Shown: piece by piece, positions 11,399 through 21,742 of the stretch
Numbering within the stretch: position 1 is the first letter of the stretch
How the letters are laid out: every line of letters starts with the position of its first letter
From: Dehalococcoidales bacterium
GTDB lineage: Bacteria; Chloroflexota; Dehalococcoidia; Dehalococcoidales; JAFGLR01
Reading direction: 5' to 3'
Length of the DNA: 50,154 bases
Assembly: GCA_016927955.1 (NCBI GenBank)
Contig: JAFGLR010000008.1
Span: 1-50,154 of the forward strand
The notes under the pieces: model-generated
Seen by the model: the letters and a program-made list of their open reading frames with translations, nothing else
Told to the model about the DNA's origin: nothing
Databases searched by the model: none
Program-made: the position numbers and the translations under genes

Positions 11399-13159
11399 AT
11401 GAGTGTTATCGAAGAAGTTAAGCAGCGGACGGATATCGCCGAGGTTATCGGGCAGTTCACCAAGTTAACCAAAGCGGGTAAAACATACCGTGGTTTATGC
11501 CCGTTTCATACGGAAAAGACACCTTCGTTTTTCGTCTATCCGGACCAGCAAAGCTGGCATTGTTTCGGTGCCTGTAATACCGGCGGCGATGTTTTTTCTT
11601 TCATTATGAAGAAACAGGGTATCGAGTTCGGGGAAGCCCTGCGCTACCTGGCGGAACGAGCCGGTGTTACCTTACCCGCTTACCACGAGCGGGAAGGCGA
11701 AAAGGATGAGAAAGAGCGTCTCTTACAAATCAACCGTACCGCCGCCGAATATTATCACCAGCTCTTGAAGACACCAGCGGCCAAACAGGCAAGAGATTAT
11801 CTGGAAGAGCGAGGTTTAACTGCGGAAACCATGGTGAAATTCCAGCTCGGTTACGCCCCTGACAACTGGGAAGTCCTGAAAAATTACCTTATGGACAAAG
11901 GTTACACGGAAAAGGAACTGCTGCAGGGCGGGTTAATCAACCGCTCCGATACCGGTAATAAGACTTATGACCGCTTCCGCCATAAAATTATGTTTCCTAT
12001 TTGCGATATTAAAGGAAATGTAACCGGCTTCGGGGCGAGGGTACTGGATGATTCGCTGCCCAAATATATCAACTCGCCGCAAACCCCGGTATTTGACAAG
12101 AGCGGCAGTCTGTATGGAATAAATAATGCCGCCGAAGCGATAAGGAAAGCAGATGTGGCAATATTCGTCGAAGGTTATCTGGATGTGATAATACCCCACC
12201 AGTACGGTTTTAATAATGTCATCGCTTCGATGGGGACTTCAATAACCGAAAGACAAATCAGTACGGTTAAAAGGCTGACAACGAATGTAGCACTGGCTCT
12301 CGATGCGGATGCTGCCGGAGAAGAGGCAATGCTGCGGACGGTGCAGTATGAAAACCTGCTCAATAATGAAGTAAAAGTCGTCCTTCTGCCGGAAGGCAAA
12401 GACCCGGACGAAGTGATAAAGGAAGATGCTGCCGTCTGGCAAAAGCTGGTAGCAGAAGCCATTCCGGTTGTGGATTTTACCATTAAGACCGCTACCGCCG
12501 GACTGGATTTAAGCAAAGTAAAAGATAAAACGGTTGCGGAGGGAAAGCTCTTACCGGTAATCGCCGGTATTAATAATGATGTCAGAAGAGACCATTATCT
12601 GGAACAACTACGGCTGATGACCGGTTCCAGCTACCGCGGCATGCAGATGGCTTTAAACAAAATAAAAGGCGGGGCGAAAACCGGTAAAGTAGAAACTGAA
12701 ACTACAAAAATTGTGCAGTCGTCATTATCTAATCCGGTAGAAGAATATTTACTTTCGCTTTTGGTACAGCACCCGGAAATTAAGGATTTGGCAGCAGAAT
12801 TGCCGGCAGAATATTTTGAAAGCACCGAAAACCGGGAAATATTTCTGGCGTGGCGAAATAACCAGGAACTTGAGTTGCTGAAAGAGCAACTTGACAATAG
12901 TATACGAGAACATCTTCAATATTTAGTGGAGAAAAAAATACCGGCATCCCATCTCGAACAGAAATATACTGACTGCAGCTTAAGACTGCGGGAAAAGTAC
13001 TCGCGCCATTTAGAGCGAAAAAAGGCGCAGGTTTTGGCTTTGGAGAGGGAAACGGGCGGAACCGATGCTGAATTAGCTAAACTTGAAGAACAGGGTATTA
13101 GTGCTTCTGCTACTTTAAGAGATGTCTTTGCTCAGCGGAGTTTGCACCAGAAGGGGTAA
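11399..13159 (+). CDS. dnaG: DNA primase
   Basis: ORF track 11345..13159 (TTG). Preferred start is ATG 11399 ([18 protein letters not shown]), with ATG 11387 as an alternative. Zinc finger [25 protein letters not shown], Toprim EGYLDV ... [10 protein letters not shown]. Confidence 0.9.
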   Translation: [586 protein letters not shown]

Positions 13160-13162
13160 GGA

Positions 13163-14695
13163 ATGGAAGACGAGAAGGAATATTTAGCTTGGTTGTCCGA
13201 CGAAAAAGAAGTCGAGGACGAACCGATAGAAGAAGGTCTGGCGGAGTCTGATTTCACCGAAGTGGAACCGACATCGGCCGACCTTGAAGACATGCCCGAT
13301 GATATCGAAGGGCCGGATGAACTCTGGCAGCAAGTACCGGGCGAACTCGAAAAGGTAGCGGAAGAAGCTACTGAGCTGGAAATAGAATCAACAGCCGATG
13401 ATATGCAGCAGCAGGAAGTAGTCGATGACCCCGTACGGATGTATCTGCACGAAATCGGAAGGGTACATTTACTCACTGCCGGAGATGAAAAGGTTTTAGC
13501 GAAAAATATCGAGCACGGTAAACATATCAATAGCATCAAGCAAGCCTGGTTTAAGAAATATAATGTCCAGCCTTCTGTAACGGATATCGTTATTACAATG
13601 CTGCAGGAAATAGTGCAGAACGTAAATTTAATTCACGCAATTCAAGACCAAATAGGCTTGAAACCGGGTAAAAAGTTTAAGGAATCGATTAACGAATCGA
13701 AGCTGCGGGAGACACTGGATACCGGTATCAACCAGCCTTTCGTTTACGCGATTGCCGGTAAATTGGACCGGTCGGTTATCGATACCGAGCAAAATCTTAT
13801 CCGGCTGTCCCTCGATATTGAAATGATGCCCATCGAAGTGTTCGGATTTATCGATAGTAAAGTTACTTTCAACGATATGGACAAGATGGTAAACGACCCG
13901 GCTTTTGTCGGTAAGCTTCAAGTGAAAGAAGCAAAGTTTCGTGAGTACCAGAATATTATCCAGCGGGAAGCGGAACGGGCGGAAAGCCATCTCATCGAGG
14001 CTAACCTGCGCCTGGTAGTGAGTATCGCCAAGAAGCATATCGGTCGCGGTATGTCTTTACTGGATTTGGTCCAGGAAGGTAATATCGGTCTTATCCGGGC
14101 GGTAGAAAAGTTCGATTACCGGCGCGGTTTTAAATTCAGTACTTATGCCACCTGGTGGATACGGCAGGCTATTACCCGCGCCATTGCCGACCAGGCACGT
14201 ACTATTCGTATTCCGGTACATATGGTGGAAACAATCAATAAATTATTACGCGTAAGCCGCTATCTGGCACAAAAATACGGGCGCGAGCCGACCTCCTCGG
14301 AAATCAGCAAAGAGATGGAAATCCCTTCGGATAAGGTCAGGGGTATCGTTAAGGTATCCCAGTTGCCGATTTCCCTGGAATCACCTATCGGCGAAGAAGA
14401 GGACAGCCGCCTCGGCGATTTCGTCGAGGACAGCAATGCTCTCCCTCCTTCCGATGCGGCTACGAAACAATTATTGAAAGAACAAATCGATGAAGTTCTT
14501 TCTACTTTAACACCGCGTGAACAGCGGGTACTCGTATTGAGATTCGGACTGGAAGACGGACGGAGCCGCACGCTGGAAGAAGTAGGTAAAGAGTTTGGCG
14601 TTACCCGTGAGCGCATCCGCCAGATTGAAGCCAAAGCCCTCCGTAAACTGCGCCATCCCAGCCGCAGCCGCAGATTAAAGGATTATCTGGAATAA
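13163..14695 (+). CDS. rpoD: Primary RNA polymerase sigma factor (sigma-70 family)
   Basis: 510 aa. Acidic N-terminus, [11 protein letters not shown], region 2 [26 protein letters not shown], region 4.2 [29 protein letters not shown]. Lies 3 nt after dnaG. Confidence 0.93.
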   Translation: MEDEKEYLAWLSDEKEVEDEPIEEGLAESDFTEVEPTSADLEDMPDDIEGPDELWQQVPGELEKVAEEATELEIESTADDMQQQEVVDDPVRMYLHEIGRVHLLTAGDEKVLAKNIEHGKHINSIKQAWFKKYNVQPSVTDIVITMLQEIVQNVNLIHAIQDQIGLKPGKKFKESINESKLRETLDTGINQPFVYAIAGKLDRSVIDTEQNLIRLSLDIEMMPIEVFGFIDSKVTFNDMDKMVNDPAFVGKLQVKEAKFREYQNIIQREAERAESHLIEANLRLVVSIAKKHIGRGMSLLDLVQEGNIGLIRAVEKFDYRRGFKFSTYATWWIRQAITRAIADQARTIRIPVHMVETINKLLRVSRYLAQKYGREPTSSEISKEMEIPSDKVRGIVKVSQLPISLESPIGEEEDSRLGDFVEDSNALPPSDAATKQLLKEQIDEVLSTLTPREQRVLVLRFGLEDGRSRTLEEVGKEFGVTRERIRQIEAKALRKLRHPSRSRRLKDYLE

Positions 14696-14705
14696 ACCTT
14701 ATCTA

Positions 14706-14723
14706 TCCCGACGCAAGTCGGGA
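14706..14723 (+). terminator. Stem-loop after rpoD (7-bp stem, GCAA tetraloop), possible terminator or stabiliser
   Basis: TCCCGAC gcaa GTCGGGA starting 11 nt after the rpoD stop. No T-run follows, so intrinsic-terminator status is uncertain. Confidence 0.35.
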
Positions 14724-14748
14724 ACCAGGAAAAATATATATCAAATTA

Positions 14749-14770
14749 GATTCCGGCTTTTCCCGGAATC
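14749..14770. terminator. Second stem-loop in the convergent rpoD/ffh spacer
   Basis: GATTCCGG cttttc CCGGAATC, perfect 8-bp stem. Sits between two convergent genes and lacks a clear U-tract on either strand. Confidence 0.35.
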
Positions 14771-14848
14771 GCCTATTTAATGGTTGGTCTAAGACCCGCC
14801 GCTACAAGAATAATATTGTTTGGTTATTGTATCTTGATATTCGGTTAT

Positions 14849-16183
14849 TTAACCGAATCCTTTGAAATTCTGCATTAGTTTCTTATTGAATTTACCGCCG
14901 AAGCCGCCCTTCATCAGCTTACGCATCTGCTGGAACTGGTTAAGAAACTGGTTGATATCCTGTAGTGTGGTGCCGCTGCCTTTGGCGATGCGTTTACGGC
15001 GGCTGCCGTTGATAACCTCAGGATGGTGTCTTTCATCCATCGTCATAGATTGGACGATAGCTTCGACTTTCCGCATATTCTTTTCCTGAACATCGTCCGA
15101 TACGCGCCCGGCGAGTTTGTTCATTCCGGGCAGCATATCGACTAACTGGCTTAACGGTCCCATTTTCCTTATTTCCTTGAGCTGTTGAAGGAAATCATCG
15201 AGGTCGAAAGTAGCGGTGCGGACCTTCTTTTCCAGTTCCTTGGCTTTCTTTTCATCGACGGTTTTTTCCACCTTTTCAATGAGCGTCAGCATATCGCCCA
15301 TCCCCAGAATCCGGGAGGCGAGGCGGTCGGGATAAAACGGCTCGAAGGCGCTGACTTTTTCACCAATGCCCATGAATTTAATCGGCACACCGCTGACCCA
15401 GCGAATAGAAAGCGCGGCCCCGCCGCGGGCATCGCCGTCCATCTTGGTCATAATCAGGCCGGACAAGCTGACTTTGGCGTGGAATTCGGCAGCAACCTGC
15501 ACGGCGTCCTGGCCGGTCATGGCATCCACAACCAATAATACTTCGTTCGGGTTGATGACTTTCTTAACTTCGACGATTTCCGCCATCAGTTCTTCGTCGA
15601 TATGTAAACGTCCGGCGGTATCAACAATAACCCACGTGGCGGCGATTTCTTTCGCCCGTTCCAAAGCGTGGGCACAAATAACAGTGCTGGCCGCTGTTGG
15701 TGATTCGGCATAGACCGGGATATCATTCTGTTGGCCCAGTGTGACCAGTTGTTCTATGGCGGCGGGACGGCGGTTATCGGCAGCAACCAGTAAAGGCCGC
15801 TGTCCGGAGTGTTTCAGATGATAGGCCAGTTTGGCTGCCGAAGTCGTTTTACCGCTGCCCTGTAAGCCGACCATCATAATTACCGAGGGTGGGTGTGAAG
15901 CCTGGGTCAGTTTACTTGGTTCGCCGAGGGTTACGATTAACTCTTCATTGACTATTTTTACGATTTGCTGGCCGGGAGTCAGGCTTTCCATTACGGCGGC
16001 ACCAACGGCTCTTTCTCTGACCTTGGCAATAAAGTCCTTGACGACTTTAAAATTTACATCGGCTTCCAGCAGGGCTAAACGAATCTGGCGTAAGGCGTCA
16101 TCGACATCTTTTTCTTCCAGCCGGCCTTTATTATTCAGCCAGCTGAAGACTTTACTTAATCTATCGGTTAATACTTCAAACAT
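14849..16183 (-). CDS. ffh: Signal recognition particle protein
   Basis: 444 aa. GTPase motifs GLQGSGKTT, DTAGR, TKMDGDARGG. Met-rich M domain (MLPGMNKL, QFQQMRKLMKG). Confidence 0.95.
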   Translation of the reverse strand: MFEVLTDRLSKVFSWLNNKGRLEEKDVDDALRQIRLALLEADVNFKVVKDFIAKVRERAVGAAVMESLTPGQQIVKIVNEELIVTLGEPSKLTQASHPPSVIMMVGLQGSGKTTSAAKLAYHLKHSGQRPLLVAADNRRPAAIEQLVTLGQQNDIPVYAESPTAASTVICAHALERAKEIAATWVIVDTAGRLHIDEELMAEIVEVKKVINPNEVLLVVDAMTGQDAVQVAAEFHAKVSLSGLIMTKMDGDARGGAALSIRWVSGVPIKFMGIGEKVSAFEPFYPDRLASRILGMGDMLTLIEKVEKTVDEKKAKELEKKVRTATFDLDDFLQQLKEIRKMGPLSQLVDMLPGMNKLAGRVSDDVQEKNMRKVEAIVQSMTMDERHHPEVINGSRRKRIAKGSGTTLQDINQFLNQFQQMRKLMKGGFGGKFNKKLMQNFKGFG

Positions 16184-16296
16184 ACAATTCTCCGATAGAC
16201 ATTTTAAAGGTCAGAACGCACGTAATGCAAACCGCAACCGGTTATAATTTGACCGATTGACCTGCCTGATGATAACATCGGATGAAAAGGAGAATT

Positions 16297-17742
16297 ATGC
16301 CGCGCTGCAAAGATATAGACTTGGTTAAAGGAATGGATATCCGGTTGGACTACAGTCAGATGATGTCGGAGTTCATCGGGGATAAATGCGGCATAACGGA
16401 AAAAGATATTGCTTCGGTAGTTCCTCAGGCTGATAAAATTATAAAAACAATTGCCCGAGAACGTAAGAATAACAAACTCGGGTTTTATAATCTTCCATCC
16501 GATATGGAGTCGGCTGATAAAATAAGAGAATTAGCCGATAGTTTACGGCAAAATTGCGACGATTTGGTCGTATTAGGTATCGGCGGCTCGGCTCTGGGCG
16601 GTAAAGCCCTGTTTAATGCACTTTGTCATCCGTTACATAATTTATTACCGAAAAACAAAAGGAAAGCCCCGCGGGTTTTTTTCCTGGATAATATCGACCC
16701 GGTGATGTGTCAGGCAGTCTTCGGTATAGTTAACCCGGAAAAGACTGTAACAGCAGTAGTTAGTAAATCCGGCACGACCGTCGAGACTATCAGCCAGTTC
16801 TTAATTTTCCGCGATATACTCGAAAGAAGGACGGGGAAATCCGCATCAGCCGAAAAAACAATCGTTATTACCGACGATAATGCTAATCCTTTAAGGACTT
16901 TAGCCCGGAAGTCCGGCTATCATTTTTTACCCGTGCCTGCAAATGTAGGCGGACGGTATTCCGTATTGAGCCCGGTAGGCCTTTTCCCGGCGGCGATGCT
17001 GGACATCGATATTTTTGAGTTAATGGCCGGTGCCCGCTATATGGCTGAAAAATGTAAAGCGGATAATTTCAGGCAAAATCCGGCTTATATGGCCGGAATT
17101 ATCCATTATATAGCGGATACTAAAAAAGGATTACATATTGCCGTAACTATGCCTTACTGTGACGGATTGAAGGAGACTGCTTTCTGGTTCAGGCAAATCT
17201 GGGCGGAAAGTTTAGGTAAAGAAAAGGACCTGAACGGGAAAACCGTGAATGCCGGGCAAACTCCCATTGCAGCACTCGGGGCTACCGACCAGCACAGCCA
17301 GCTTCAGCTTTATGCCGAAGGCCCTTATGATAAGATGGTGACTTTCTGGGTGGTGGAGAAACCCGGTGTAAAAGTGATGATTCCAAAAATAAGAGAAAAG
17401 GAATTTACTTACCTTGGCGGAAATACACTGGGGGGACTTGTCAATATCGAAGCACAGGCGACTCAATTAGCCTTAACCGAAGCCGGCCGGAGCAGTATGA
17501 GCCTGACGTTACCCGAAATTAATCCGTTCACCATCGGGCAATTATTGTTCCTGCTGGAATTACAAACTTATTTTACCGGCGGCCTATATAATATCAATCC
17601 TCTAGACCAACCCGGCGTCGAAGCAGGCAAGCGTTATACTAAGGGCTTATTGGGAAAACCGGGGTTAAAAAATAAGGCCGATATCCTGAATAACTGGCAG
17701 AATAAAATTAAAAGTTTTACTATTAAAACAAATAATAGTTAA
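16297..17742 (+). CDS. pgi: Glucose-6-phosphate isomerase
   Basis: ORF track 16282..17742, trimmed to ATG 16297 because AAAAGGAGA lies 5 nt upstream. SIS motifs GIGGSALG, VSKSGTTVET, NVGGRYSVLS and DQHSQLQLY. Confidence 0.85.
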   Translation: MPRCKDIDLVKGMDIRLDYSQMMSEFIGDKCGITEKDIASVVPQADKIIKTIARERKNNKLGFYNLPSDMESADKIRELADSLRQNCDDLVVLGIGGSALGGKALFNALCHPLHNLLPKNKRKAPRVFFLDNIDPVMCQAVFGIVNPEKTVTAVVSKSGTTVETISQFLIFRDILERRTGKSASAEKTIVITDDNANPLRTLARKSGYHFLPVPANVGGRYSVLSPVGLFPAAMLDIDIFELMAGARYMAEKCKADNFRQNPAYMAGIIHYIADTKKGLHIAVTMPYCDGLKETAFWFRQIWAESLGKEKDLNGKTVNAGQTPIAALGATDQHSQLQLYAEGPYDKMVTFWVVEKPGVKVMIPKIREKEFTYLGGNTLGGLVNIEAQATQLALTEAGRSSMSLTLPEINPFTIGQLLFLLELQTYFTGGLYNINPLDQPGVEAGKRYTKGLLGKPGLKNKADILNNWQNKIKSFTIKTNNS

Positions 17743-17816
17743 TGTTTCAAAATTAATTTGCTTTTTAACTGTTAATGTGTATAAAGTGAAAGCGGAACGT
17801 TGATGAAGGTGGCGAC

Positions 17817-18386
17817 ATGTTGTTGACGCAGTTTCAAACTATCGGTAGCAGTCTGTTTACCTGCGGACTGATTTCCGGATGCGGTGGAAACTTGAGTGTA
17901 CGTATGGGCGACCGTATCTTTATCACCCGCCGCGGCAGCAACAAGGGTAGCCTGGAAGAAAACGATATTATCGAGACCGGCATTTTTAAAAACGACCGCC
18001 AGACGCCACTGGCCTCTTCGGAATTATGGGTACACCGTGCGATATATCAGCAGACCCCGGCCTCAGCCATTGTCCATGCCCATCCACCGCATGCGGTAGC
18101 CTTATCTCTATCCGAAACTGAAATTGTGCCTATCGATGACGAGGGGAAAGAAAAAATAGGTGCTGTACCGGTCATCGGCTGCCAGTCTCAAATCGTACCG
18201 GGAGCTTATGCGGACAAAATTGCTCAGGCATTCGTCAACATACGTATCGTAATGGTACGTGGACACGGCAGTTTCGCCATCGGGCAAATACTCGAAGAAG
18301 CCTTCGATATTACCTCGACCTTTGAAGAGAGTTGTAAGGTCCTCTGCCTGACCAAATCTCTACAAGCCAAGCCGGTTACGGAATAG
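17817..18386 (+). CDS. Class II aldolase/adducin-domain protein
   Basis: 189 aa. GNLSVRMGDRIFITRRGSNKGSL and the metal-binding His cluster AIVHAHPPHAVALS. Substrate cannot be assigned by eye. Confidence 0.75.
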   Translation: MLLTQFQTIGSSLFTCGLISGCGGNLSVRMGDRIFITRRGSNKGSLEENDIIETGIFKNDRQTPLASSELWVHRAIYQQTPASAIVHAHPPHAVALSLSETEIVPIDDEGKEKIGAVPVIGCQSQIVPGAYADKIAQAFVNIRIVMVRGHGSFAIGQILEEAFDITSTFEESCKVLCLTKSLQAKPVTE

Positions 18387-18402
18387 CCTGGCATACCGAA
18401 GT

Positions 18403-19305
18403 CTAGTATACCGGGGTACACCAGTCTTTATAAGCGGCTTTCTTACCCAATATTACATCGGAATATAGCTTTTGTAATTTCCCTGTAACCGGGCCGATTT
18501 CACCGTTACCCACTTTAAAGCGGTCGATTTCACTGACCGGGGTGAGATGAGCGGCAGTACCGGTTAAAAAGCACTCTTCCGCCTTGAACAGTTCGACACG
18601 ATCGATATGCCGTTCCACTGTCTCGATACCCAGTTCATTTTTAGCCAGGGTTATCACCGTATTCCGGGTGATACCCATTAACGGGCCGTCGAAGCTGCCG
18701 GGCGTCACTAATTTCCCATCCATAACCAGGAAAATATTTTCGCCGCTGCCTTCTGCTACATAGCCTTCAGCATTCAGCATAATAGCTTCGTCAAAACCGT
18801 TTTCGATAGCTTCGGTCTTAGCCAGAGCATTAGTGATATATAATCCGGTCAGTTTAGCACGGGGAATTTCTTTGGGGAACCGCCAGCTGGAAACAGCCAC
18901 TTTGGCCTTATCAACGTCTATATACTTACCCCAGGGAAAGGCATAAACCAGAAAATCACCTTCAAGGTTATGCAAACGCACGCCGGTGGTTTCTTCGCTT
19001 TTATAAGCCAGCGGCCGGACGTAAATATCTTCTTTAAAATTACATTTCCGCACGACGTCAACGGTTATTTTTATTAAATCATCGGCTGTGTATGGTAATT
19101 CGATACGAAGTATCTTGCAGCCGAGTAATAGCCGTTCGTAATGTTCCTTTAAGCGGAACAGGTAAATTTGTTTCTTCGCCGTATTCCAGTTACCGCGGAT
19201 GCCTTCGAAGGCCCCCGTGCCGTAGTGCAGAGCATGGGTCATTACGCCAACTTTGGCTTGTTCCAAGGGTATTATTTTTTTACGAAAATACACGTAAGAT
19301 GGCAT
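18403..19305 (-). CDS. ilvE: Branched-chain amino acid aminotransferase (fold type IV)
   Basis: 300 aa. HALHYGTGAFEGIRG, EGSGENIFLV, GITRNTVI are class IV aminotransferase motifs. SD GGAGAGGGGAG lies upstream. Confidence 0.88.
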   Translation of the reverse strand: MPSYVYFRKKIIPLEQAKVGVMTHALHYGTGAFEGIRGNWNTAKKQIYLFRLKEHYERLLLGCKILRIELPYTADDLIKITVDVVRKCNFKEDIYVRPLAYKSEETTGVRLHNLEGDFLVYAFPWGKYIDVDKAKVAVSSWRFPKEIPRAKLTGLYITNALAKTEAIENGFDEAIMLNAEGYVAEGSGENIFLVMDGKLVTPGSFDGPLMGITRNTVITLAKNELGIETVERHIDRVELFKAEECFLTGTAAHLTPVSEIDRFKVGNGEIGPVTGKLQKLYSDVILGKKAAYKDWCTPVY

Positions 19306-19370
19306 ATGAAAACTCCCCTCTCCGAATTGATAGCATCAATTATAGCATTTTTATACCGAAAAGCGGTAAT

Positions 19371-20309
19371 TTACTTTATAAGGCTGGTACCGCAGTTGGC
19401 ACAAAACTTACTGCCTGTTAAATTAAGGTAAGAGCATGAGGGGCATGTTACTCCGGTCTCTTTAGGCGGCTCATTCCCGAAATAAACTTTAGTATGCGGC
19501 CAGGGTATTTCAATGCCTTCCTTATCAAATGTATTCTTCAGCCGCAGTCTTAATTCACCCTTCACCGCCCATTGTTGGCTGGGTAATACGTCACCAAGAA
19601 TCTTGATATCAATTCCGGAAGCACCTAGTTCGCTTACTCTGAGTACTTTAGGCGGCGTGATAATCATATCTTGCCACGCCGGGTCTTTGGCTAACTCTTC
19701 GCCAACCCGGTTGATGACACTAATGGCATGGTCCAGACTCGTACCATAAGATACGGAAATGTTGAGATTAACGCGGGAGAAATTCCGGGTAAAATTACTG
19801 GCTATTTTTATCTCGCCGTTAGGAATATGATGAACAACGCCGTCCAGGTCGCGCAGGACTGTTTTACGCAAGTTAATTTGTTGTACCAGTCCGGAGACCC
19901 CGGAGATTTCAACTACATCGTTGACCCGGTATTGATTCTCCAAAATAATAAAGATACCGGCTATCAGATCGCGGATAAGGTACTGGGCACCAAAACCGAC
20001 GGCAACACCGGCAATCCCAAAGCTGGCCAGTACCGGTCCTATCGGGATATTTAACACCGATAAAATAGAAAAGACAACAATTAAAATAATTACCACCCGT
20101 CCGATACTGTCTAAGACAGCAATAAGGGTGTTTTCACGTTGTTTTTCTTCTTGTTCGGTTTCTTCATCGGCATTCCGTTTAACCATTTTCCTGATCATTG
20201 GTGGTAAAAACTTATTTAAAAGAAACCAGAATATAATACCCACCACTAAAATAACAAGAATTCTAGTGCCGTCTTGTTTGAGCCATTCAATTACAGGTTG
20301 CCAGTCCAT
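19371..20309 (-). CDS. MscS-family mechanosensitive channel with a C-terminal zinc-ribbon
   Basis: 312 aa. TM helices followed by the MscS beta-domain core (FIILENQYRVNDVVEISGVSGLVQQINLRKTVLRDLDGVVHHIPNGEI). The last 26 aa are VTCPSCSYLNLTGSKFCANCGTSLIK (CxxC-x12-CxxC). Confidence 0.8.
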   Translation of the reverse strand: MDWQPVIEWLKQDGTRILVILVVGIIFWFLLNKFLPPMIRKMVKRNADEETEQEEKQRENTLIAVLDSIGRVVIILIVVFSILSVLNIPIGPVLASFGIAGVAVGFGAQYLIRDLIAGIFIILENQYRVNDVVEISGVSGLVQQINLRKTVLRDLDGVVHHIPNGEIKIASNFTRNFSRVNLNISVSYGTSLDHAISVINRVGEELAKDPAWQDMIITPPKVLRVSELGASGIDIKILGDVLPSQQWAVKGELRLRLKNTFDKEGIEIPWPHTKVYFGNEPPKETGVTCPSCSYLNLTGSKFCANCGTSLIK

Positions 20310-20468
20310 TGTTCAGCCCCCTATCTTTATTCCATAAACATTCAAATATTACTATGTCCGTAAAAGACTATGCAAACTACCGGTATCGGAAATTTGCTAG
20401 AACATTGGAGCCGGTTAAGGCTTGAATTCATTGCCCGGATTATGTCCGTTATGATATAGTTTATTCCG

Positions 20469-21689
20469 ATGAGTAACAAAATAGATATAGTCGATAAAGG
20501 CTCGGTAACCACGCCGGATGGTTTTCAGGCGGGGGCGGTTTTTGCCGGTATTAATAAAAAGGCCTTGGCCGGTTTGGATATGGGGGTTATCTTTTCTACG
20601 GCGCCGTGTAATACGGCCGGAGTATTCACGAAGAATCGCATTAAAGCGGCCCCGGTTATTGTATCCCAGGAACGCCTTAAGCTGGGCAAAGCGGCGGCCA
20701 TTGTGGCTAATAGCGGCTGCGCCAATGCCTGTACCGGTAAACAGGGCATATCAGATGCTGAAGAAATCAGCCGGCTGGTAGCGGAGAATCTCGGTATAAC
20801 GGCAACCGACGTACTTGTAGCCAGTACGGGAGTTATCGGACAGCCTTTGCCGATGGATATAATACGGGCGAGTGTTCCATTAATTAAAGTATCAAGGGAT
20901 GGCGGTCATGACTTTGCCAAGGCAATTATGACTACTGATAAAGTGGAAAAGGAAATCGCCGTTCGAGTTAAATACGGAAAGAATACCTTCCATATCGGCG
21001 GTGCGGCCAAAGGTGCCGGTATGATTCATCCGGATATGGCCACCATGCTCGGTTTTCTTACTACCGATGCCGAAGTAGACCTGGAATTTTTACGGGAAGC
21101 CTTGCGAAAAGCGGCGGACATATCGTTTAATATGATTTCTGTAGATGGCGATACGAGTACTAACGACACGGTTTTTCTGATGGCTAACGGGCAGTCGGAA
21201 AACGACCCGATTACGGCGGAAGATATCCCTTATGCAGAGGTATTCCAGGAAGCCCTGAATGAGGTCTGTATTTATCTGGCGAAAGCCATTATTCGGGACG
21301 GAGAAGGGGCTACGAAATTAATCGAAGCGACCGTATCCGGGGCATTAAATGAAGCTGAAGCACGAAAGGCAGCCCGGACGATTGTAAGCTCGCCACTGGT
21401 GAAAACTGCGGTTTACGGTAACGACCCTAACTGGGGACGTATTATTGCTGCCGTCGGACGCAGCGGGATAGCCGTGGATGAACATAAAGTGAGTATCTAC
21501 ATTGGTAACATCTGTGTTTTCAAAGCCGGTCAACCGCAGAGCTTCAATCTGGAAAAGGCCGGGGCGGCTTTACAGAAAACGGAGGTACCTATTGAGGTCA
21601 AGCTTAACATGGGAGATAGTACTGCTATAGCCTGGGGCAGCGACCTGACCGAAGGTTATATCAGAATTAACGCCGAATACACCACATAA
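20469..21689 (+). CDS. argJ: Bifunctional ornithine acetyltransferase / N-acetylglutamate synthase
   Basis: 406 aa. Autoprocessing site region GAGMIHPDMATMLGFLTTDA, DGDTSTNDT, C-terminal INAEYTT. Confidence 0.92.
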   Translation: MSNKIDIVDKGSVTTPDGFQAGAVFAGINKKALAGLDMGVIFSTAPCNTAGVFTKNRIKAAPVIVSQERLKLGKAAAIVANSGCANACTGKQGISDAEEISRLVAENLGITATDVLVASTGVIGQPLPMDIIRASVPLIKVSRDGGHDFAKAIMTTDKVEKEIAVRVKYGKNTFHIGGAAKGAGMIHPDMATMLGFLTTDAEVDLEFLREALRKAADISFNMISVDGDTSTNDTVFLMANGQSENDPITAEDIPYAEVFQEALNEVCIYLAKAIIRDGEGATKLIEATVSGALNEAEARKAARTIVSSPLVKTAVYGNDPNWGRIIAAVGRSGIAVDEHKVSIYIGNICVFKAGQPQSFNLEKAGAALQKTEVPIEVKLNMGDSTAIAWGSDLTEGYIRINAEYTT

Positions 21690-21742
21690 AATAAAAATTA
21701 AAAAACAATACCAAAATTTTTGTCTTTAGAGTATGAGAAAAT

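Noticed and set aside
13132-13539. 135-aa Ser-rich minus-strand ORF
   Set aside because: It is antisense to the acidic N-terminal region of rpoD. The GAA/GAG-rich coding strand yields a Ser/Phe-rich open reverse frame, so this is a compositional artefact.
14839-14858. 20-bp palindrome ATTCGGTTA-tt-TAACCGAAT spanning the ffh stop codon
   Set aside because: A 2-nt loop cannot form an RNA hairpin terminator. There are no second copies and no flanking signals, so it is likely coincidental.
20423-20430. TGAATTCA palindrome upstream of argJ as a possible ARG box
   Set aside because: The ArgR box has TGAAT and ATTCA half-sites separated by about 4 A/T. Here they abut (an EcoRI-type 8-mer), so it does not fit.
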